From a virus (Duplodnaviria > Caudoviricetes): DNA of 60,075 nt. A model generated the notes under the pieces. The model saw nothing but the letters and a program-made list of their open reading frames with translations, made no database searches and was not told where the DNA came from. Positions 25,890 to 36,779 of the stretch are shown here, piece after piece. The stretch spans positions 1 through 60,075 of IMG/VR virus record IMGVR_UViG_3300025133_000112. The stretch is one strand, 5' to 3'. Made by a program: the position numbers and the translations under genes. Position 1 is the stretch's first letter. Each line of letters starts with the position of its first letter.

Positions 25890-28800
25890 CTAATTAACTT
25901 TCCATATTTTAAGATCAATATAAATTTCCTTGATTCCCCTAGATGCTGCTTTGCCTCTTTCAGTACCAACAGAGTCAACAGCAACATTAGTTTGAAGCTC
26001 TATTGTGGCAGGAGCTGTCAGTGTAAACCGACCTGATAATGGTATAGGTGTATTTTCATCTGCCCCAGTAGACTGATTGATGCTAATACTTGGAACATAA
26101 AAGAGTCCATCTCCTGTGTTTAAAGCAAGAGGGTTAAAAGCTAAAATACCTGTTGACCCGTCTGCAACAAACAGTCTTGTTCCATCTCCCCAGACAGCAA
26201 CAGCAGTGTCTGTATCGTAAGAATCTATAGTACCAGAAGCTAGATCATTAGGATCAAAAGCAAGGATGCCATTGGTTCCATCTGCAACATAAAGGGTTGT
26301 TCCATCTCCCCAGACACCTTGAGCAGAACCGTCTGTATTGTAAGAATCAATAATACCAGAAGCTAGATCATTAGGATCAAAAGCAAGGATACCATTGGTG
26401 GTCCAATCTGTAACAAACAGTCTTGTTCCATCTCCCCAGACATCAAAACTGGTGCCTGTTGTATTGTAAGAATCAATAATACCAGAAGCTAGATCATTGG
26501 GATCAAAAGCAAGGATGCCACTGGCTCTGTTGGTAACAAACAGTCTTGTTCCATCTCCCCAGACATTTTCAGCAGTATCTGATGTATTGTAAGAATCTAT
26601 AATACCAGAAGCTAGATCATTAGGATCAAAAGCTAAAATACCTGTGGACGAGTTTGCAACATAAAGGGTTGTTCCATCTCCCCAGACACCTTGAGCAGAA
26701 TCTAATGTATCGTAAGAATCTATAGTACCAGAAGCTAGATCATTGGGATCAAAAGCAAGGATACCATTGGTTCCATCTGCAACAAACAGTCTTGTTCCAT
26801 CTCCCCAGACACCTTTAGCGTTGCCTGTTGTATTATAAGAATCTATATCACCAGAAGCTAGATCATTGGGATCAAAAGCTAAAATACCTGTTGACCCGTC
26901 TGCAACAAACAGTCTTGTTCCATCTCCCCAGACACGTACAACACCACCTGATGTATTGTAAGAATCTATCAAGTCAAAAAGTGGTTGTATTCGACTCTGA
27001 CTTGACCCAGACTCATTAACAACATTTGTACTATCAATATGATATTCACCGGCTGGCAAAATCATCTGATTACTTGATAAAGATGCATCTGTAATTTCAT
27101 TTGTAATCTCTGTATTTAGAGTTGCGGTATTCCATGTGTCCGCAGTATAGGCACCACCATTAACCCCGCTATTCTGTTGGTGTTGAATGTGTAGCAGTGA
27201 CCCAAAACTAAGATTACCATCAATAGTACCAATCGCTCCGGCACTACTTATTGACATTATTTTGCCATCGGAAATTATATTTCCAGATACGGCTGGATTG
27301 AAGTTGATCTCACCAGATGAGAAATCACCCTCTATTAATCTTCCACCAGATCCAGCAACATCTGATTCGAGAATGAATTTATGATCGTCGGTAACTGTGT
27401 CGAGGTCTGCTTTGTAGCCAATTACTACATTAAATTCTGCGCTTGTAGCATATGCTCCTGAGTAGTCTCCAAGAAAGGTATTACCTGCACCAGTACATTT
27501 CCACCCAGACACTCCACCAATCATAACATTTCCAATTTGATCAGTAAGTTCAAGCCCTGTTGATGCACCAATTAAAATATTGCGATCACCTGTATTAATA
27601 TTAGATCCGGATAAATATCCAATAGATATATTATGGTCACCACCAGTCATATCATATCCAGCCCTATAGCCCATGGAGATATTGAAACCGCCAGTAAGTA
27701 TTCCAAGACCGTTTGCTTCGTAACCTATGGCGATATTATCAGATCCTGTAGTTGTATAATATAGACTTAAAGCTCCTACTCCTACGTTGCGAGATCCAGA
27801 GAGGGCAATACCCCCATCTGAAGATCCGGAATTGTCTCCCAATAAAGTATTAGAATCACCAGTAACGCGATATGCGGCATTATAACCCAATGCAGAATTC
27901 CTTGATCCTGTCAGGAGGTAACCACTGCCCTTTCCAATAACGGAATTATATTCACCAGTTTTATTTGTATATAATGTTTGATACCCAACTGATGTATTGC
28001 CGTCCCCTTCAATATCTGCGGATGACTCTCCTTGGGATTCATACCCTATCGCCGTACAGAAATCAGCGAGTGTGTATGCCGCACCTGCTTTATACCCAAC
28101 ACAGGTAATACCTTCTCCTGTCATACCCTCCGATTGTGACGATCCCGCCGATTGATGCCCTATTCCTACAGCACCATCAGACTCGCAATAGTTTCCAGCC
28201 TCCGCACCCATCATAACTGAGTAATTGCCTGTACCTTCTCCATAGGCTTCCCTTCCAATAATACAACAATGGCTCAATCCTGTAGCTGTGGAGTCTGCTG
28301 CTACATACTGACCTATCAAAACGTTACTTGTCCCTGAAGTTATATTTACACCGCACTCTGAGCCGATCATTACATTTTTAATACCTGCTGCAACAGAAGA
28401 CCCCGTACTATATCCTAAAAATGTATTACCCAATCCAGTAGCAAGGGTACCAGCTTTATATCCAATAAAAGTATTTTCATGACCTGTTGAATTTGTTTTA
28501 CCCGCTTGCCATCCCAAATACGTGCAGCATTGTCCAGATGTGTGTAGTAATCCAGATTGATGCCCAACTGCTACAAGCCCCGTAGAGATTGTAGAAACAG
28601 CACCAGCAGAATTACCAATACAGACTTGTTGACCACCAGTATTATTAAGTCCTGCACCTCTTCCGATTATAACATTTTCGCCACTACTACTTGAATTTTC
28701 TCCAGCCCTATGGCCTATTATTGTACTTTCAAAATCACTACCACTATTCTGCCCAGCATTATATCCAACATATACATTGAAATCACCAATTGTATTTTCT

Positions 28801-30362
28801 CCTGCTCCAGATCCAATATATGTCACTTCATCCTGGGATACTGTAGTAACACCTACTGCACCAGCTCTATATCCAACAAGAGTACAATTATCTGCTGAAA
28901 TATTAGCTGCACCAGTATTTGACCCCATAAATGTATTATTAACACCACTTGTATTTAATAAAGCTGCATTAATACCCATAAATGTATTATTAGTTCCTAT
29001 GGTATTAGCTTTACCAGCATTAGTTCCAATTGCTGTTATTGTTGCAGATGTTGAATATCCAGCATTAAAACCCATTATTGTTGAACTTGAACATGATGCA
29101 TTTACAGCGGCAAAGGGACCAAATATTGAATTTTGAGTACCTGAATTAGATATACCTGAAAATATTTCTGAACCATAAAGAGCATTACTTGATCCTGTTG
29201 CTTGATTTCCACACCATTCACCAACATATGTATTATATCCAGCCCCTACATTACTAGCACCAGCACTATCACCAATAAAAGTGTTATATTCACCAGTACT
29301 AATTAAACCAGCTAAACTACCCATAAAGGTATTTCCATCTGAACTAATATTAGCTTTTCCAGTATTATATCCAATAAATGTATTACTAGCACCATCTACA
29401 TTTACTAATCCTGTTTCATATCCTAAGAATGTATTTTTAGTCCCTGAAGTATTAGCTTTTCCTGAAGTATATCCAATAAAGACAGATCCATTCGCAATAT
29501 TATTATACCCAGCCTGGAACCCAATAAGAATAGATGTTCCACAATTGGCATTATATCCAGCAGAATATCCAAGCACACAGTTATATCCACCACCAGTAGT
29601 AGTATTAAAGGTTTCACCACCGACTATAGTATTTTGACCTCCAGTACATCCATATCCTGCCCACTCTCCGATGTAGGTATTATATGAACCACTTACATTT
29701 GAACGACCAGCAGAATTACCAATATTAGTGTTATACTCACCACTTCCTTGTAATAATCCTGCATTATTACCAACAAAGGTATGACCAACATTTGTATTGC
29801 TTAATCCTGAATTAAGTCCAATTATTACATTATCTGAATCAGAAAAATTATTATCATCATTAATATCTAAGAATATAATATCATCATATAAATATATTCC
29901 TATCTTTGTATTTGTTCTTGTTAAAGTAGTTGCTCCTGCAGTGGATGCATCTAAATATAATGTATCTCCTATAACAGCAGTTGCAACTGCTTTTGTTACT
30001 AATCCACTACAAAAAACTGTTGATTTGGTAACATCTGCTATTCCAATAAATCTTTGAGCTGATGTACCATTAGCAATAGCCTTTTCATATTCACTACTTG
30101 TTGTATTATAATAAACTAAATCTCCATCAGAAACTGTACCTTCAAATGTAACATCTAATATAAGATTTTGTCCCATAAAAGTATGAGTTCCGTCTATAAA
30201 AATACCATTACTTTCAAGTTCATCTCTTAACTTTGCTGTTCTATTAACTAATTCTTGTGCTTGTTGATTAGCTTGACCACCAGCTCCACCAACTACATAA
30301 TCAGCTAATTCTAACTGATATATTCCTGTTTCCCATACACTTGATTCTGTTAAATCTGTCAT
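25890..30362 (-). CDS. Long tail fibre / receptor-binding protein
   Basis: N-terminus W..GIYQLE..D.V.GG..G.AN.QA.EL.NRT of myophage fibres; many 14-aa NxxIGxxAG repeats; C-terminal LVIVD-like repeats. Confidence 0.88.
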   Translation of the reverse strand: MTDLTESSVWETGIYQLELADYVVGGAGGQANQQAQELVNRTAKLRDELESNGIFIDGTHTFMGQNLILDVTFEGTVSDGDLVYYNTTSSEYEKAIANGTSAQRFIGIADVTKSTVFCSGLVTKAVATAVIGDTLYLDASTAGATTLTRTNTKIGIYLYDDIIFLDINDDNNFSDSDNVIIGLNSGLSNTNVGHTFVGNNAGLLQGSGEYNTNIGNSAGRSNVSGSYNTYIGEWAGYGCTGGQNTIVGGETFNTTTGGGYNCVLGYSAGYNANCGTSILIGFQAGYNNIANGSVFIGYTSGKANTSGTKNTFLGYETGLVNVDGASNTFIGYNTGKANISSDGNTFMGSLAGLISTGEYNTFIGDSAGASNVGAGYNTYVGEWCGNQATGSSNALYGSEIFSGISNSGTQNSIFGPFAAVNASCSSSTIMGFNAGYSTSATITAIGTNAGKANTIGTNNTFMGINAALLNTSGVNNTFMGSNTGAANISADNCTLVGYRAGAVGVTTVSQDEVTYIGSGAGENTIGDFNVYVGYNAGQNSGSDFESTIIGHRAGENSSSSGENVIIGRGAGLNNTGGQQVCIGNSAGAVSTISTGLVAVGHQSGLLHTSGQCCTYLGWQAGKTNSTGHENTFIGYKAGTLATGLGNTFLGYSTGSSVAAGIKNVMIGSECGVNITSGTSNVLIGQYVAADSTATGLSHCCIIGREAYGEGTGNYSVMMGAEAGNYCESDGAVGIGHQSAGSSQSEGMTGEGITCVGYKAGAAYTLADFCTAIGYESQGESSADIEGDGNTSVGYQTLYTNKTGEYNSVIGKGSGYLLTGSRNSALGYNAAYRVTGDSNTLLGDNSGSSDGGIALSGSRNVGVGALSLYYTTTGSDNIAIGYEANGLGILTGGFNISMGYRAGYDMTGGDHNISIGYLSGSNINTGDRNILIGASTGLELTDQIGNVMIGGVSGWKCTGAGNTFLGDYSGAYATSAEFNVVIGYKADLDTVTDDHKFILESDVAGSGGRLIEGDFSSGEINFNPAVSGNIISDGKIMSISSAGAIGTIDGNLSFGSLLHIQHQQNSGVNGGAYTADTWNTATLNTEITNEITDASLSSNQMILPAGEYHIDSTNVVNESGSSQSRIQPLFDLIDSYNTSGGVVRVWGDGTRLFVADGSTGILAFDPNDLASGDIDSYNTTGNAKGVWGDGTRLFVADGTNGILAFDPNDLASGTIDSYDTLDSAQGVWGDGTTLYVANSSTGILAFDPNDLASGIIDSYNTSDTAENVWGDGTRLFVTNRASGILAFDPNDLASGIIDSYNTTGTSFDVWGDGTRLFVTDWTTNGILAFDPNDLASGIIDSYNTDGSAQGVWGDGTTLYVADGTNGILAFDPNDLASGTIDSYDTDTAVAVWGDGTRLFVADGSTGILAFNPLALNTGDGLFYVPSISINQSTGADENTPIPLSGRFTLTAPATIELQTNVAVDSVGTERGKAASRGIKEIYIDLKIWKVN
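26125..26972 (-). repeat. Seven ~123-bp near-identical repeats (LVIVD-like propeller blades)
   Basis: IDSYNT....VWGDGTRLFVADG..GILAFDPNDLASG x7. Confidence 0.9.
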
Positions 30363-30389
30363 TTATTTTATCCTCTTAATCCATTATTA

Positions 30390-30851
30390 TTATGCAGAAT
30401 ATGATACTGTTATAGTCCATGTTCCACTAATGTAAATTGTATCTTCTTTTGATATTGCGCTTTTAACTTTTCTTGAAAATAAAGTTGAATCAGCAGTAAA
30501 TAAACCATATTCAGTAACTACATTTCCATTATATTCAAGCAAATCTAAATCAAATTCTACTTCAAGTGAATTTGTTGTTGGATATGTAATACCTTCTACT
30601 GCTTTAAGAAATTGATTAGTTAATCCTGTATCTGATGCATCTTCTGCTGCTGTGCCAGTACCAAATCCAATTTGACTAATATAATTTGATGCTCCACTAT
30701 TACCCAAAAGTAAACAAACTTTTTCTAAACCATCATCAACAACTTCATTTTTACCTCTAAAATGATTATTTAAAACTATAAAACCATTTCTTATTGTGAA
30801 TGAATTTATTTCTAATTCACAATTAATTTTTAATTTATCAATATTCTTCAT
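30390..30851 (-). CDS. Baseplate/tail-fibre attachment protein
   Basis: IGFGTG...DTGL, NG..VTEYGLF...LFSRK...I.K.....G.WTI, typical of genes before simple-myophage fibres. Confidence 0.7.
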   Translation of the reverse strand: MKNIDKLKINCELEINSFTIRNGFIVLNNHFRGKNEVVDDGLEKVCLLLGNSGASNYISQIGFGTGTAAEDASDTGLTNQFLKAVEGITYPTTNSLEVEFDLDLLEYNGNVVTEYGLFTADSTLFSRKVKSAISKEDTIYISGTWTITVSYSA

Positions 30852-30861
30852 TTACTTCTCC

Positions 30862-31533
30862 TTAAGCGTCTGGTATTTCTAGTACAGAATTTGCACTATA
30901 TTGTATTGCACCATTATATTGATGATCTCCATTATATTGAGAGAATGAAGAAACTTCTGCATAAAATTCATCAGATATTGTAATGCCTTCTGGTATATCA
31001 AATGGTGCAATATTAAAAATAGTTCTAAACCCAGCAGGGTGAACTTGCTCAATTAAATCTGATACTTTATCAAAATCAATATCTACTTCAAATTCATATG
31101 TATATAAATTGCCTGGTGAATCTGAATAAACTATATTAAATTCATCAACTTCAGTATTTTCATCTGGATCATGAATAACTATATCTGTTAAAGATTTAAA
31201 TAATGCTTCAAATGATTTTTTATTTCCTTTACTATTCATTATTAGTTTACTTAATTCTAATAATCTTCTTTTATTCTGAGATGTTAATTCATATCTATCT
31301 AAATTCACAACATCTTTAAAATAATTATTTAAATAATCATCTAAAAGTTCATCATAAACAGTATTAGTATTACAATTATCTGTTATTTTTAAAATTTTAT
31401 CTGAATATGTTTGATCTAAAAATCTTAAATAAACTCTTATGAAATCAACATATTTTGGATATTGATCTATAAGATGTTTAGGTAAAAGAGTTTCTGTTAT
31501 ATATTCTAATTTTTTATTATAATCAGTAGCCAA
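30862..31533 (-). CDS. Short baseplate wedge protein (gp7-like)
   Basis: LLP...QYPK.VDFI..YL, SKG..KSF..LF, VHPAGF; follows gp6. Confidence 0.7.
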   Translation of the reverse strand: MATDYNKKLEYITETLLPKHLIDQYPKYVDFIRVYLRFLDQTYSDKILKITDNCNTNTVYDELLDDYLNNYFKDVVNLDRYELTSQNKRRLLELSKLIMNSKGNKKSFEALFKSLTDIVIHDPDENTEVDEFNIVYSDSPGNLYTYEFEVDIDFDKVSDLIEQVHPAGFRTIFNIAPFDIPEGITISDEFYAEVSSFSQYNGDHQYNGAIQYSANSVLEIPDA

Positions 31534-31544
31534 ATTAAATTACC

Positions 31545-33221
31545 TTATACAAGATTTAATGTGATATCATTAAATTTTAAATATGTTTCTTTTTCTAATG
31601 TTAAATTTGTTGTATCTGTAAGAGTAAATCCTATATCATAAGTATCACCTTCAGATAGTCCACCAAATGTTGTATCTAAAACAATAAAACCTGTTGTATA
31701 ATTAATACTTCCAACTGTTCCAGAATTCCATTCTATATTTCCAGCACCATCATCACTTATAGCAAAACCATTTATTGTTCCTGATATACTACTAGTATTA
31801 ACTGCATTATTTAATCTAATTACATTATAATCATCTGCTGAATGCCTAACAGTTACATTTGTTGTGTAAGTAATATAAGTATAAATAACTGTTTGTAGAT
31901 CATCTACAAACCCAATTAAATCAGATAAATAAAATGATTTTTTATATCCTTCTGATAAATCTAAATAAGCATTTGTTAGTGCTTCTATATCTTCAGAAAT
32001 TCCAACTAATGATTGATAACTAACATTTACTGTAGGACTAACATTAAAAAACATTGGATGTAGAAATTTAAAAAATAAATTTATATATTTATATATTGAA
32101 AGAAAATCTTCAATATCTGACCATTCTCCACTAGTTATATAATCTAAATCTGTTTTAAGCATAGAGAAATAAACATATCCTAAATCTCTTGTTGATCCAG
32201 TTTCTATAATATGATCATCATCTCCAGTATCTATATATTCTTTTTCACCACCCCAAGCGATTGCACTATCAAGAGTATCATAATCAGACCATCTTTTTAT
32301 TAGATTATTATAATCTCCTTCTGTAACTGCTCTTCCTTGAGTAGTATAAAATAATGGAGCTCTTGATTGAATACCTTCATTTACTTCTTCATCTACACCA
32401 TTAGCTAATGAATCAGATGTTGAAATATCTAAATATTCAATATTTGTTGCATCAGGATCAGTATTTGTGATTGTTCCAGTAGTTCCATTATATGTAATAC
32501 CATTTGTATAAATATATTCTATTCTTATTCTATCTCCATCAGGAGGTATTGTGAATAATTGACCGTCATCAAATTTAATAATAAAATTTTCAAAATATTC
32601 AATATAATAAACTTCTTCATCAAATTCAAAGTCATCACTATTTACAGACTTCCATGGAGTAGTACTTTCTATCCATCCACCTACACCATCAGACGCATCT
32701 ACATATACATCAAAATAATCATTATCTACATTTGTTGTATTACTTAATGTGAATCTTTGAAATGCCGTACCATCTGATGTAAATGTTTCTGTTGTAGGTA
32801 TTCCTTCATATAAATCAACAACATAAACACTACCATCATTAATAGTAATATCTTCAACATTTGTTAATAATAATGATCCCATATTCCATGTAGAATATTT
32901 AGGTATGATTATTGTATATGTGTCATTTCTTTGTAAAGATACAGAAATATAAGGAGCAGATTTTCTTGCTGGAAGATAATTTAGCATATGAGAAAGTTTC
33001 TTAATATTAGAATCAATCTCTGCATTTTTAAGGGTTAAATCATTCACTGTCTGATTAAGATAAAATGCCGGTGTTTGTGTAGCAAATGCAAGTACATCTA
33101 ATAGGCTAGAAGCCGCTGAGCCTTCAAAATTATAATCAGTGAATTCTGTTGAAGACTCAAAAAATTCTTGTAAATTAACTTTAATCTCTTCTAAGTCTAA
33201 ATCGTAATATTCATTAGCCAT
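31545..33221 (-). CDS. gp6: Baseplate wedge subunit
   Basis: EFTDYNFEGS..S.LLDVLA, LNY.P, AP..YTTQGRAVT..DY, AWGGE. Confidence 0.93.
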   Translation of the reverse strand: MANEYYDLDLEEIKVNLQEFFESSTEFTDYNFEGSAASSLLDVLAFATQTPAFYLNQTVNDLTLKNAEIDSNIKKLSHMLNYLPARKSAPYISVSLQRNDTYTIIIPKYSTWNMGSLLLTNVEDITINDGSVYVVDLYEGIPTTETFTSDGTAFQRFTLSNTTNVDNDYFDVYVDASDGVGGWIESTTPWKSVNSDDFEFDEEVYYIEYFENFIIKFDDGQLFTIPPDGDRIRIEYIYTNGITYNGTTGTITNTDPDATNIEYLDISTSDSLANGVDEEVNEGIQSRAPLFYTTQGRAVTEGDYNNLIKRWSDYDTLDSAIAWGGEKEYIDTGDDDHIIETGSTRDLGYVYFSMLKTDLDYITSGEWSDIEDFLSIYKYINLFFKFLHPMFFNVSPTVNVSYQSLVGISEDIEALTNAYLDLSEGYKKSFYLSDLIGFVDDLQTVIYTYITYTTNVTVRHSADDYNVIRLNNAVNTSSISGTINGFAISDDGAGNIEWNSGTVGSINYTTGFIVLDTTFGGLSEGDTYDIGFTLTDTTNLTLEKETYLKFNDITLNLV

Positions 33222-33229
33222 ATTTTATC

Positions 33230-33622
33230 CTACTTAATAATTCCTAGATTAATTAAAATACTATCTTCAGTATTTAGATTTTTAATTTTATATTTAATTA
33301 AAACATCAAAAGATTGTCTTGATATATTTGGTTCAGCAGTGATTTCAATAATATCAACTCGTTTTTCCCAATTTAAAAGTGCTATTTCAATTTCATCACC
33401 TATTTGTAAGGCAGTTAATCCATTGATTTTTTCACCTAAAAGTTTTCTTATTCTGCTACCAAATTTAGGATTTTGATATCTAACCTTTTCTAAAATATTT
33501 GTTAAAATTACATTTTTAATAGATTGTTTAATGGAATCTTCATTAGTTAAAACACCTAATTCTCCATTTTCATCCATTTCAAAATTAAAATCAAAATCTT
33601 TGTATGTTATATTTTCAGCCAT
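33230..33622 (-). CDS. gp25: Baseplate wedge / sheath initiator
   Basis: YKDFD..F, SIKQSIKNVILT, P.FGS.I..LL.E, WEKRV. Confidence 0.9.
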   Translation of the reverse strand: MAENITYKDFDFNFEMDENGELGVLTNEDSIKQSIKNVILTNILEKVRYQNPKFGSRIRKLLGEKINGLTALQIGDEIEIALLNWEKRVDIIEITAEPNISRQSFDVLIKYKIKNLNTEDSILINLGIIK

Positions 33623-33645
33623 TATATTTATTTACTCTTATGTGT

Positions 33646-33867
33646 TTATGAAACTGTACTATCACCAGTAATTAATGTAACGGGTGCACCTAAATTGCCT
33701 GTTGCACTCAATGTTGTAAGTGTTACTGTCTGGGATAGTATTGCGTCATAAATTATTGTTGCTAAAGCATCAGCATATACACTCTTTACACTCCCTTCTG
33801 CTGTTGCATTCATGGTATCAATCATATCCTCTAAATCACCTTTTATGTCTGCTTGTACAACTGTCAT
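33646..33867 (-). CDS. Small protein after gp5 (possible spike-associated)
   Basis: Position between gp5 and gp25; RBS AGGAG. Confidence 0.55.
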   Translation of the reverse strand: MTVVQADIKGDLEDMIDTMNATAEGSVKSVYADALATIIYDAILSQTVTLTTLSATGNLGAPVTLITGDSTVS

Positions 33868-33877
33868 AAATTTCTCC

Positions 33878-34945
33878 TTATTCTAAAAGACTATCAAGTC
33901 TTGTTTGAACTCCTGCTAATGCAGTTTGACTAGCTCCATCTACAGCTTGATTTGTTGGTCCTCCAAAAGTCATTATTGCTTTTGTTTTTGTAATTAAATC
34001 AGTTATTACATCATAAAGATTATCTGATCCATTATAAATAGTTATTTTTGCTCCTGTAGAATTAATATCTACTTTTCCACTTGCTGTTAAAGTAAAGGTT
34101 CCACCTGTAACATTTACTGCTAAATTTCCTGCAGTATTTTCAGTATTAGTTCCTGTAATATCTTTAATAACATTTCCTTCAACTCTTTCTAATTGATTTC
34201 CAACAATTTCTACATTTTCTCCACCTTCAATTCTAACATTTTTAATACCTTTAACATATAAATTATCGTCACTAGTTATTATAGCATATTTCTTTGCTTT
34301 AATATTTTCAACTTTATCACCGTTTGTGTGATATTCATCAAAGGTACCTGATTTATGAAATAAATGAATTCTTTCTGCATCTGTAGTATCATCTAATTCA
34401 AAAAAATGACCACTAGCAGTTTCAATAACTCTATTTTGTGGATAAACTGTAGCATAATCTGTTACAGGTTCACTAAATTCTGTTCCATTACAATCAACAT
34501 TTTCTTCAACATTATCAGTTTTATCTTGAATTATTGTTTGATCTATATTCTCATTTCTTGCTAATCTTGATATTTGTGATTCTCCAACAAGATCACTTAT
34601 TGGATTAGTTCCAGATGGATCTGAGAAACCCTGGTTAAAATCAGGTAGTTCTACAAGTATTTTAGGTATAGTACCTATTAATATTGGAAATTGTTCATCC
34701 ACGTCCATATATGAACATATTCCAACAGAACCTATTGCAGGCACAGCAATATCACATTGACCAGAAATATTTGAAGATGTTGTTGGTGATAGAAGATTAG
34801 CCCAAGGTAAATCTTCTACAGGAAGATAATTATTTTGAGTATCATCATCTCTATTTTCTGTATGTTTTCCAATAACTCTTAATTGTATTTTTCCTGCTTT
34901 ATCAGGATCAATGTTATTTTCTACTATACAATAATATAATTTCAT
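33878..34945 (-). CDS. gp5: Baseplate central spike without lysozyme domain
   Basis: VE..IDP...G....RVIG.HT, DLPWA, YP.N.V.ET.SGH..E.DDT...ERIH..H.SGTF.E, beta-helix repeats. Confidence 0.9.
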   Translation of the reverse strand: MKLYYCIVENNIDPDKAGKIQLRVIGKHTENRDDDTQNNYLPVEDLPWANLLSPTTSSNISGQCDIAVPAIGSVGICSYMDVDEQFPILIGTIPKILVELPDFNQGFSDPSGTNPISDLVGESQISRLARNENIDQTIIQDKTDNVEENVDCNGTEFSEPVTDYATVYPQNRVIETASGHFFELDDTTDAERIHLFHKSGTFDEYHTNGDKVENIKAKKYAIITSDDNLYVKGIKNVRIEGGENVEIVGNQLERVEGNVIKDITGTNTENTAGNLAVNVTGGTFTLTASGKVDINSTGAKITIYNGSDNLYDVITDLITKTKAIMTFGGPTNQAVDGASQTALAGVQTRLDSLLE

Positions 34946-34951
34946 ATTTAC

Positions 34952-36145
34952 CTATATATTAATTAAAGATGTTATTTGATCTAATGAATCATTTGAAAAT
35001 GCTGCATTTTTTGATAATAAAACCATTTGCTCATATCTATTACTTTGTAAAAAAGTATGTTTAATATTATTAATAAACCATTTTCCATCAAATGATTCAT
35101 TAACACTATTTTCATTATCTAAATTTGGAAAAGAAAATTCTAATACTTTTCCACATTTTCTTATAAAATCTCCATTAACTCTAATTACTAAATTATACTG
35201 ATTAAGAAGTTTTAATTGGGCTAATCTAGTATTTATTAAATCATGTTCTAAATAATTATCAGAAACATTATTTAAAGCATTTGATAAATCTGAATTAAAA
35301 AAACTATATTTTCCTAAAGATGTTATTTCATTTTCTAATTCAGAAAATGTATTTTCAGTTTTTGTATAATCATAATTAATTTCATTAAAATTAAACATTG
35401 TAGAACCAAAAAAACCAGTTTTAAATAATGTTAAAAGATCAAAATAAGCATTAAATTTATATTCTATAATATTATTTAATCTAACAAAGGCGTCTGTTGT
35501 TCTCTCATATGTTAATTGTTGAATTTCTGATTCAGACATTAATTCTGATATTGGCTTAAAATTAAAACCATCAAAATCTTCAAAAAATATATAATCAGAA
35601 TAATCTGATGTTTTTGAATTATTACAAATAAAATCTATTATTTTTTGTATTGTCCAATAATTTGAATTAAAAGAAAATGATTCTAAATTAGAAGTAGATG
35701 ATAGTGTTTTAGTTGAATCTAAAACATTGTCTAATAACCATTGGATAGTATTTTCATTAGAATCATCAAATTTTCTACTTAAAGAATTACTATTAGCTAA
35801 TAGCATCTCATTAGAACAAATATAAAGAATAAACATTTTATTTTTTTGTAAATTACTTTGAACTTCTACGTCTTTATCTAATTTATATACTTTAAAATTT
35901 AATGTTATTGCATCATCAAATTGATTAGTTATAATATCAATTTGAATATCTTCATTACCTGTTATAGGAATATTGCTTATTAAATCTAATGTATCTAATA
36001 TTGTTATTTTTCCATTTAGGAAATTATTAAATATAGATTCATAAATATTAATTTCTAAAAATAATTTAGTTAGATCAATAGTTTTTCCAGTATTACTAGT
36101 CATAATAATCGAAAGATTTTCAACTGTTGAAAGTATTTCAGCCAT
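34952..36145 (-). CDS. gp27: Baseplate hub protein
   Basis: INIYESIF..FL.G.I...D, PI.G.E, FFE..DGFNF, G.W.I..IKH; precedes gp5. Confidence 0.75.
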   Translation of the reverse strand: MAEILSTVENLSIIMTSNTGKTIDLTKLFLEINIYESIFNNFLNGKITILDTLDLISNIPITGNEDIQIDIITNQFDDAITLNFKVYKLDKDVEVQSNLQKNKMFILYICSNEMLLANSNSLSRKFDDSNENTIQWLLDNVLDSTKTLSSTSNLESFSFNSNYWTIQKIIDFICNNSKTSDYSDYIFFEDFDGFNFKPISELMSESEIQQLTYERTTDAFVRLNNIIEYKFNAYFDLLTLFKTGFFGSTMFNFNEINYDYTKTENTFSELENEITSLGKYSFFNSDLSNALNNVSDNYLEHDLINTRLAQLKLLNQYNLVIRVNGDFIRKCGKVLEFSFPNLDNENSVNESFDGKWFINNIKHTFLQSNRYEQMVLLSKNAAFSNDSLDQITSLINI

Positions 36146-36146
36146 A

Positions 36147-36776
36147 TTATGATTGTCTCACTATATCTTTAAGTATTTTTTGTATAAATTCTGGTTTTAT
36201 TATTCTTATTACTCGTTTTTCATCATTATCATCAGTTAATAAATCATAATTTGTTATATATGATGCTTCACTTAATACTTGAGTTAAAGATGAAATTGTT
36301 GTTTTATCAGAAGCATATGTTGAAGCATTATCTACTCCATTTGAAGCAACAAATTCTCCAACAGAAATATTGACTACTACATCATTTCCTGATATACTAA
36401 CTATTGTACCTCTACCTGAATTTCCATTATCACCATCACCGCTTATATATCCATTAACTGAAAAATCATCAACACTAGATAAAGTTAAAGTTGTTGTAGT
36501 ACTTAGATCTTGTGCAAATTTTTGTACCATATCTTCACTTAACGGCATATCAAATAAAACATCTCTAAATCCATTTAAAATTGCTATTAACCACCATATA
36601 GATGCATCATTATATAAATAATCACATATTGATTCTAGAGATTCACCTTCTTGAATTCTATATGTTGATATATAGGATGTATCTATATCAGTAGCAAAAT
36701 AATATTTCCAATTTAAATTTCGCCCTATTGTTCCATCTTCAAATGTGTATAGTGGTAATAAATTAAAATATTTCAT
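36147..36776 (-). CDS. gp53: Baseplate wedge protein with inserted module
   Basis: YF..LP, LysM-like Y.IQEGE..E.I...LY....WW.I..LN, N.EKR.I.IIKP. Confidence 0.85.
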   Translation of the reverse strand: MKYFNLLPLYTFEDGTIGRNLNWKYYFATDIDTSYISTYRIQEGESLESICDYLYNDASIWWLIAILNGFRDVLFDMPLSEDMVQKFAQDLSTTTTLTLSSVDDFSVNGYISGDGDNGNSGRGTIVSISGNDVVVNISVGEFVASNGVDNASTYASDKTTISSLTQVLSEASYITNYDLLTDDNDEKRVIRIIKPEFIQKILKDIVRQS

Positions 36777-36779
36777 AGT

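Noticed and set aside
25799-25987. Alternative fibre C-terminus or invertible segment
   Set aside because: Only a 10-nt inverted match (CCTAATGATC) to the blade repeat, and no recombinase nearby
25890-27000. Diversity-generating retroelement target
   Set aside because: No reverse transcriptase or template repeat in the window; repeat differences do not look adenine-specific
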